64,000 nt of DNA from Sminthopsis crassicaudata (lineage: Eukaryota). The first letter of the stretch is position 1; the number at the start of each line of letters is the position of its first letter. Where the stretch lies: NCBI RefSeq assembly GCF_048593235.1, contig NC_133620.1, forward strand, positions 451,575,261 to 451,639,260, in the 5' to 3' direction. Below the pieces are notes generated by a model that saw only the letters and a program-made list of their open reading frames with translations, made no database searches and was not told the origin of the DNA. The position numbers and the translations under genes are program-made. Shown here piece after piece: positions 55,251 through 64,000 of this stretch.

Positions 55251-56164
55251 GACAGTGTGCCGAGGGGTGGGAATAGAAAGCAGAAAAGCTGTGCCGGGAG
55301 CATCTGCGTAAATAATGAGGCTGTTCAAGGTGCCACAGATAGACAGAAGTGATGTGACATTGGAAGGTTCCAGCCATTGGGGGGAGGGGAACCCACCTGT
55401 GACCCAGTCGGCCCCCCGGGAGAGGGGGTAGTCCTGCTTCAGACCCACCAGGAGGTCGGGACAGCTGGAGGAGCGGGCTGGCGAGGCGTCCGGGAGCCAG
55501 GGAGGAGAGCTTGAAGTAATAGGATATTATGTCTCGGTGTTAGCGTCCCTGACCAGGGCAGGGGTGGGTTTTACCGCTCTGTGATGCAGGAAAGAATTTG
55601 AAGGAGAGACCTTTTAGAGGGCCGTACTTTAATGCAGAGAAGTGTCCTTGGGGCTGTATCCTGGAGAGAAAGGGACGAATTGGGGGGAAGTACATATTCT
55701 AAAAGTAGAAAGGGTCAAAGTTCACAAGGGGGTATATAGTTGAGGTGAATGAGAGGGGGACTGGGAGGGTGATAGTAGTGGATCTTGTTTGGCTTTGTTA
55801 TGTTATCTGTGGCACAGCCTAAGATATCCAGGAACCAGTTGATGCTGGATGATTAGTTCAGCCCAGAAGTTAGAGTTGATTTAATTCCTGGGGACTAATG
55901 ACATCACCAAGTGAGATAAAATAGAGGGAGCCAAGAAGGGGTCCCAGGACAGACTGTTGTGGGACGCTCACAACTATTTATTTGACCTGAATGAAGATCC
56001 AGCGAAGGAGACAAGAAGCAGTTATTGGATAGAAAGCCAAGACAGAGCTGAGTCAGGAAAACCTTTAGAGAAAAGATCAATGGTGTCAAATGCTGCTTAG
56101 AAGTTAAGAAGGCTCAGGATGAAGAAGGAAAACATGCCCTTGGAGTAGGCATTTAGAGACTCAC

Positions 56165-56390
56165 TGGCCTTGTGGTGATGTCTTACTGTGTCTGAACTCC
56201 TTGGGGGGGAGGGAGAGCTGATTCTTGAGTTTGGGAGGTCTGAGCTGCATTGGGCTATGTAAGGCTACATTTGGCTTTGATATCCTGAGCCCCTGGGTGA
56301 TCCCTCCCAAAAGAACAGATTCAAAATCCCCTGGTGATCAGTGGGATCAAGTCCTAAGTGGCTAATGTGCTTGTATCCTGGACAAGCTGG
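56165..56390 (+). pseudogene. Degraded 7SL (SRP) RNA-derived retrocopy
   Basis: gattcttgagtttgggaggtctgagctgcattgggctatg resembles 7SL GATCGCTTGAGTCCAGGAGTTCTGGGCTGTAGTGCGCTATG; caaaatcccctggtgatcagtgggatc resembles CAAAACTCCCGTGCTGATCAGTAGTGGGATC; colinear order. Confidence 0.65.
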
Positions 56391-57615
56391 GGAGAAAGGG
56401 AAAGGGAAGTGAGAAGATCTGCCAAGGTTCTATAGTTTCTCCAGATAAGAAGTGATAAAAGATTAAACCTATATCCTCTTAACTGTACATCCATTTCTCT
56501 TTCCATTATGTACCATCTCTGCCCTTCCTACTTCTCCTTTACTATGTCTCTTGCCCCAGATATCCTGAGGCACCACCTTGGGAGTTTGCCATTATTTCTA
56601 TGGGAGATAGTAGCTATAGAGGTACTAAAAGCCCTAGAGAAAGGTAGAAAGAATATACAGCTTAAGTGATTCTTGTGGGAAAACATTGTTCCCATACTGC
56701 TCTCAAACAGTTATTCGATTATTCATGAATCCTCATCTTAGTTCTCTGGCTATCTTGATTCTCAATGGAAAAAAATGTTTTACTCTCGTGGAAATAATTA
56801 ATGACCCTTGGTCTAAGTAGTCTGAATGCAGAGAGTTTTCGTATGTCTAACTAGAGGGGTTCCTGTTGCAAGAAGAACTTGTCCCGGGTTTCATTCAGCT
56901 TGTCTTAAGTTCTTGACCCTGGCAGAGCCAGCCAGTTTCTAAACTTGAAAGAAAGGACCTGAGTGTTTCTGAATCTATATGCCATATGAAATGAGGAAGA
57001 GATTCCAATCTTCAGAACTTAAATTGGTTGCATCTTGGAAAGGAAATGATTTTCCTGCTAAGAACTTGATCTAAACCTAGATAATACATTTATTAAAGTC
57101 CTACTTTATGCTATGCACTGGTCTAAATTGGTCATTTTTCAGCTCCTCATCAATTGATATTGTTTGGATAAATCTAGGGATACATCAGCTAGAAAGCACC
57201 CTCTTTTGGAGGGTTAGTAACTTGATCTTGGAGACTGAGGGTTGGTCCTAGCTCTGATCTCATTTTCATTTCCTTCTCTGTAAAATGGAGGATACAAGTC
57301 CCTGCACTACCTTACTTGAAAGGTGCCTGGCATTCAGCATCTGACACAGCAATCCTTGCTGATTGATATACATTCCAAATGGTTTCTAGACAGTGAGATA
57401 TGGAAATGAATAAAGAAGCCACCCCACCTTTGTGCTAAGGGGGACGGAAGAATTTTCACTTCTTGTGAAAATCGGAAGGTCTCATGTTAGAGTTGGCATT
57501 TGAGCTGTTCCTTAAAAGACTGGGTGTAATTTTAAAAGGCAGAAATAGAGGTGTGGTATTCTAAATGTAGGGAATAAAGTAATAAAGATTCACTTATATG
57601 CATAATTACATGGAA

Positions 57616-57843
57616 AGTTCTTCTAGGGAACTTAACCTAAGTCTTTCGATTTGTTAATCAATACAAGTCCCTTTTGAAAATTAGCCCTTTGACAGAACCT
57701 TAATGAAATTTGGAGGTAAAAACCTACAAATTCTCCTGAGATACCTCACAACCCTGGCTTGAAATCCCTATATGTTTTGGGGTCTAACCTCTGCCCCCAA
57801 CATTTGATGGATCATTCTGGAACCTAAATGTAATTGTTGGGGT
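57616..57843 (+). repeat. Copy B of the unidentified ~230-bp dispersed repeat
   Basis: Same orientation as 51903-52140, roughly 80% similar by eye with small indels. Confidence 0.85.
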
Positions 57844-60800
57844 CTCATCAGTAGCCCAACAATGCTAATTCCATTGGAAGGTGGCCACATCTTTTCAGAA
57901 GGAGGCTGGCAGTATTGGGATGGAGATGAAGACCTTATGGAAGGCTAGTGTCCTGTCTAATGGTTGTGAGGATGTGTTGAAACAGACATGGATGAAATTT
58001 TTAGAAATTTCAGATTTAGAAATGACAGAATTTGATCATTAATTGAATGTAAAGTTACAAAGAGGGCAGAAAAACAAATAATACTAAAGTTAATGAACTT
58101 AGAAGAAAAAAAAAAGATGTTAGGTAATCCCACTGACAGAAATAAGGAAGAAATTTTGGGTAAAAGGGAATGATGCAATTCAATTAGATAAGAATGAGAA
58201 CCTGAAGAGAGCCCTTGCTCTCAAGGAACTTATATTCTACTAGAAGGATACAACATGCATACATAAGTAAATGTAGCTTACTTGTGATTTGAGGAGACTG
58301 CATCTACCACTGGGAAAATCAAGAAAAGCTTCCCATGGAAACGATACCTTAGATGAACCTTAAAAGAGGCTGAGGAGTTTTTTGGTTTTTTTTTGGCAGA
58401 GGCAGAAATGCGGAGAGAATGACATACACAGAGGGCACTCGGGAAAGGGCATGGAGGCAGGAGATGGGATTCAGAGGAATAAATCGTGTGCCAGTGTGGC
58501 TGGGAGAGGATGTAAAACAAGATTGGAAAGATTGGCTAAAACCAGATAACAAACTTTGATTTGGAGGTGTTGAATTTGGTTTGTTAGTACAAAACACAGT
58601 GCTAGATGCTGGGGATATAAATAGAAAAGTAGATTGTCCTTAAAGAGCCTGTATTTCACAGGATAATGGAGATTTATTACAGATAGCTTTAGGACTGGGG
58701 AAACTTGAATTTGTCCAAAGTTGAATGTAAATAGAAAAGAAGAAAAGATGGAAGAGACATGAGAGAAGAGGGAAAGTGATTTCAACCAAAATCCTGAAGA
58801 AGAGAGGAATGGGAAGAGGGCAAGGAGTGTTCATGGGGGCAGGGGAAGGAGAGGAACCTTTAAGTGTACATTCATCCAAATTTAGGTGTAAAGGGGCATA
58901 ATTTGAGATCATCTGTTGTGAGGGTCATGGAACAAGGCTAGTGCCTTGAGAGAGTAATGGGAAAGCCTAACTGTGAGGGTCTCAGCTGTTACATTGACAT
59001 AGTAATTAAAGTCATGATATATAGTAACCAAAGCCACAATATACAGTAACTAAAGTCGACACCCTCACGTAATGAGATGGTGTCTGCCCACGATTGAGCA
59101 TCAGCCTATCACAGGGCTGGAGGAGCAGCTGGCCAGTCACTAGCATGGTCAGGATTGAGTTTGGAGGGGTATAGAGAGAAGTAAAAGGGATTGAACATTG
59201 CCTGATACACTTGTTTGAATGGGATGGAGAGAACCTTTGCAACTTAGACTTTAGTTTTGCATGTCCTTTGTATATACATTTGTTTCTTCATCCTTTATCT
59301 CTTTCTCTTGCTTAGTAACATATCTCCCTTTAGAAATAGTGCTCCTCAGCCCATAATGTTATTCATATAACTACTTACCAGGGGAATATGTATCTGGGCA
59401 ACAAGATTAAAGGTGATTTTTGAAAAATAAGTTCTGGGGTCTGTGGTTTCCCCTCCCCCAGCCAATTAGTTTGAGTTGTTGTTATTACCCAGCCCTTAAA
59501 ATGAACTCTCCTCCAGCCCCCAGCAGGTGTGCCTTTCCTTTGCAAGTGATAAAGTAAAGCTTAGAAGCTCTGGGAAGTTCTGTTTTCCTACAGGACTTTG
59601 ACCTATTCCAGCAGATCCTTGTTTGTGAGCTAGAGAACAGGGAGCTGCTGTGGTAGTTTAGGTTGAGGGTTTGGGGTGATGCAATATAGGGACAGTGGAA
59701 AGCAGACAAGATAGTCAAACTTGACCTCTTCCACCAGTTTCATCTTCAGATTCTTCATCCCTACTTACCTTTAATTGCCTCCTCAGCTTCTCAGGCTAGG
59801 GGGAAGCCTCCCCTGAGGCACCCTCATCTGAGCTCCCTTCCCCTTTCTGCCTTCCCAGGGATGCCATGGTAACTGCCATCAGGGCCTTGTCAGCAGCAGC
59901 CTCTTGTTCAGCTGCTGCCTTCCACACCCTGTTGCCTGCCTCTGTTGCACATTCCATTCATGTACCCTGTTGGGGAGGAAGATTCTACTACCACAGGGAC
60001 TCTGTAAAGCCTCTTCATCCCCTAGGCTACTTTTGAGTAGGAATGGGGTGTGAACAAAAGCCCCCCTCCCTCCTGCCCAACAGCCTCCTACCAGTCTCTC
60101 CTGTTTGTCTGTGGCCACATGTCTTGTTCCTGGAGAGGGGTGTCCTTGGCCAGGGCAGAGCTGGGAGACTTCTCCCTCCCTCCCCTTGGCGTAGCAGCCC
60201 TCAGCGGGAGGGACTTCATGGTTCACCTAGAGAAGAACAAGGGCTAATAGCTCTTTACACATTAACATATGGTCTCATTTGAAGGAAGTGTTAGTGGAGG
60301 TTTTTCTGCTTATTTTACAGAAGAGAAACTTTTAAAGTTAAAGGAGTTAGTGCTATATGCAGGATAAAGTGGCTAGAAGTGTTGGAGTGATTCAACCCAA
60401 GCCTTCCTGCCTCCAATCCATTATTCTCTCTGCTCAGCCATGCCATCTCTGGGGAGAGCTTATAATGGTTTGTTCATTACCTCCAGACAATAACCACTAC
60501 ATAGTCAGAGGGAGGCTGTTAGCGTTAGTGTCCAGATCTGATCTGCCAGTGACTGAGACCTGTGAAAGATTGAGTATTCAGTTAGGCTGTGTGGGATGGA
60601 TGGGCCTGGGAGTAGTAGGCAGTGTGTGGGGGCTGTCATATCCAAAACTTTTTTAAAGGTTCGATTCTATGCTGAGGGGGATTAGGGAGGAAGTTATAAT
60701 TAGAAACCCCAATGTGGTTGGAAGGAGATGCCCAGCACCCAGTGGTGGTCACCATAGCCAGGTAACCTGGACTTTAGGAATGGTTGAAAACAAGTATTCC

Positions 60801-63358
60801 AGTTGAACAGAAAGGAATGGCATGTGGAAGGCCTCAGAGAAAAGCCAAACCAGGAGAAAAAAAACAACCAACCAGTCAACCAGCCTTTTGCTGGGAGCTT
60901 TGAAACTCTTACTCAGAGAGTCACTGGGGATCAGGCCGAGCCTTCGCCTCTTTTCTCCAGCCCACCAATTGCATACATTTTCTTCCTATAGATTTCCTAA
61001 CAGCTCTTGAGGACTTAATTGGGGTGCTATGCCAATCTGAACTTGCTCCCAGGCTCTCTGAAATTTCCATATTTTGGTAGATCCATGATCTGATCAGGAT
61101 ACCGACTCCCTCCAACAAGGCCAGGTACAAATCGTCCTGTGATCTGTCTTTGAGCCTCCACCAAAGAGCTACTAAGTATACCGGAGTTGTGGCTGTTCAA
61201 GTGTTAGAAGGAAACTGAAGCAAACCAAGGGTTATATGACTTGTTACTAGCTACTAAGTATCTGAGGCCACATTTGAACTCAGAGTGTAGCATCCACTAC
61301 CCAGTAGTATGCTAGAAGCCACTGGCAAAATCTATCCATTTTCCTTGTGTAACAGTATGGTACTTGACTTGCCCATCTGTTAACGTTTGCTCATTTCTAA
61401 TCACATTATATTGAAGATAACTTTTTTTTTGGGGGGGGAATAAATAAATACTCATTGTTAAAATACTATACACAGCCAGCTGTCCCCTTTGTGTTTCCAT
61501 CAGTTATCATGTTGATTCTTTGAGGATACATGATGGTATCATGTCAAAAAATACAAGTTTTTCAATGTAATCAGTCTTGCTGATGAGCTAAGATTTCTAA
61601 TGTTTATGTTGGTTGAAAAGCATATGACAGTCTCAGAATGGTTCTTTATAGGATTACAGTTGTAATCTCTCACTTCAGAGAGAATTCTGAGATTGAATTT
61701 TGAGTTTGAGGGCCATCTCCATGAGTCACTAGGTCCATAGGGCCTGTTATGCTACCAGGAAACATGATATACATACGCATAGACATGCACACCTGTGTGT
61801 GTGTGTACATACCTACCTTGACAACCTGTAAATTTTTACTTTGCTTTGACCAAAGATTGGTATTGGTACAGATCAAAGTTGGTTAACTAGTGGATATTGC
61901 TTTGATTCCCCCAGGTTTTCTTGATGATAAAATAAAGGACATAAAGCTGGGTTTGTTTATTTATAATGCAAGAATTTGTTGAGCACTTGCCATGTAAATA
62001 GCATTGTGCAAGTGCTGAGGGATATGAAGAAGTAGTAGAAACTCTCCCACTGTACTTAATATAATTGAGATAAGACACCCACATACCGGACAGTGATACA
62101 GGAGATGAATTTGCTTCTACCTCAAGGTCTCCCTCTGCAATCCTTCCCCCTTATCCCTCCAACAATTGCCTGAATTAATTGTTTTTGTGTATGGTTTGTC
62201 TGTGGTTTGAATGCCCCAGGATTTTCCCACAGCTCTCCATTCTCTGCCAAATAAAGGCCAGACTCTAACTGCAAACAAGCATTGACTTCCCGTTTGTCCC
62301 TGGCAATAACTGTACTGAACATTTCCTGTGCTTTCCTATCTCTCACCTTTCACATATTCCCCTGTGCTTAGAATGGCCTCTCATCCTTGCCTATTAGAAT
62401 TTTACCGGTTAAAAAAAAAACTTGCCCGTTTTCTGGGAACCTTGCTCCAACGCCCCCCATAGTTTCTAGCCTCTCAGATTTATAGTAATCTTTCTTGAAT
62501 ATGAACTCTCAATACTTTATGCCTGTTTTATGCACTTAATCATATTTTAAATTTTATTGTTTATATGTGTTCTGGTCTTATTTCCTTTATAAAATGTAAG
62601 TTTTTTAGGAGCAAGGCCTATGTGATATTTCCTGTTCCTCCTCTAGTGGCCTAGTGTAGTAACTACACTGTGGATAGGAGGCTTTGGATCAGTGTTTCTG
62701 AAGAAGTGGAAGAGTCAGCAAGTATTTGAGGGATTCAGAAGAGAGAACTCATTATGTTGTGTGGTGATGAGGGGAGACGGCAGTGCAAGGTAGGCATCGG
62801 ATAGGTCGGTAGGGATTTAGGGACCCCACACATGAAATGCTCAGGAGATATTAAGGAGACTCATCTTGCTGGAGCAGAAAGTTCCTGTGGGGAGGAGGAA
62901 GAGCTAAGATTGCAACAGACAGGTTGATCCTGGAGGAAACCTTCGAGAGATCTAATTGAACCCTATCATTTACAGAGAAAGGAGCCGAGGTCCATCTGTA
63001 AGATGGGGATCCCTACATTATAGCCCAACTATCTAAGCCATGTTCTTAAAAGATATTAGAGGTCAGGTGGCATGATAGCAATGAAAATTATCTGGGCAAG
63101 AAAGGGGATACATATCCAAAGTAGAGAATAAAAGAAAGGAGGAATGGGAGCCAGCCCATCTAAGTAAGCTCCTAGCAACCAGCCTACCCCCAGGGAAGAG
63201 TTTATCTTGGTGGAGACAAGGGCTGCAAATAGCTTCCAAGACTGAGAGTCTTGGTTCTGCTTTCACCCTCCTAGCAGGTTTAAGAACCTCTAGGGAAGGC
63301 AAAATTCCTGGTTCTCAGCCTGCAACTCTTCATCAGGTCTCCTTGAAGCATTGTGTGA

Positions 63359-63598
<240 letters not shown>

Positions 63599-64000
63599 TA
63601 ATCCAATAAACTTACCTGGGCTTGTAGAGAAAGAGCTCTTAGGAGAGCTTTGGGGGAAGTCAGGAAAAAGTAGGTTTTATCAGAGCAAGGGGGAAATTGT
63701 GGGAGGTATGTTTGGGGTTAAAAAAATTATCTGATATAGTAAAGATGAGAAAACATGTTTGTGAAGATGATTTAGATGGGGCACTTATGTAATTGGGTCT
63801 ATTGCCCAAAGAAATCAGTCCCTTCTCTTCCCTTGAAATTGAAAAAAGCTGGACTGATTTGGAGCCATAGGCAGTGCTACTCTCACTTATGACAAGAAGA
63901 GTAGACTTAATAATGAGAAGATCGTCTCTAAATCCTGATCATTAGGGAACAAGGATGTTCTGTCCGTTTCTGCAATGAAAGAAAAAGAGCAGCATTGTTT

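Overview
Mammalian genomic DNA, most likely from an Australian (dasyurid-like) marsupial, judged from WSINE1-type CORE-SINEs, a marsupial L1 and an OC1-like hAT MITE. The window holds the conserved RSKR(SGK494) - BLTP2(KIAA0100) - SDF2 - SUPT6H gene block. RSKR (12 coding exons, 401 aa), BLTP2 (39 exons, 2223 aa) and SDF2 (3 exons, 219 aa) are complete on the minus strand; I traced their exons by hand with consistent phases. SUPT6H starts head-to-head with SDF2 on the plus strand, and only its first coding exon is in the window. Accessory content: a young 5'-truncated L1 with a perfect TSD; a sense-oriented solo LTR in BLTP2 intron 2; a 5'-truncated, env-less betaretrovirus-like element between SDF2 and BLTP2 with an uninterrupted RNase H-integrase ORF and a complete 3' LTR; hAT MITEs; a degraded 7SL-derived copy; and an unexplained ~230-bp repeat pair flanking the SDF2/SUPT6H promoter. 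The most notable hypotheses are a possible free-standing integrase, a GC-AG donor overlapping a perfect U12-type donor in BLTP2, and a phase-compatible BLTP2-RSKR read-through fusion. All are untested inferences from sequence alone. Comparisons with human proteins and repeat consensuses are from memory.
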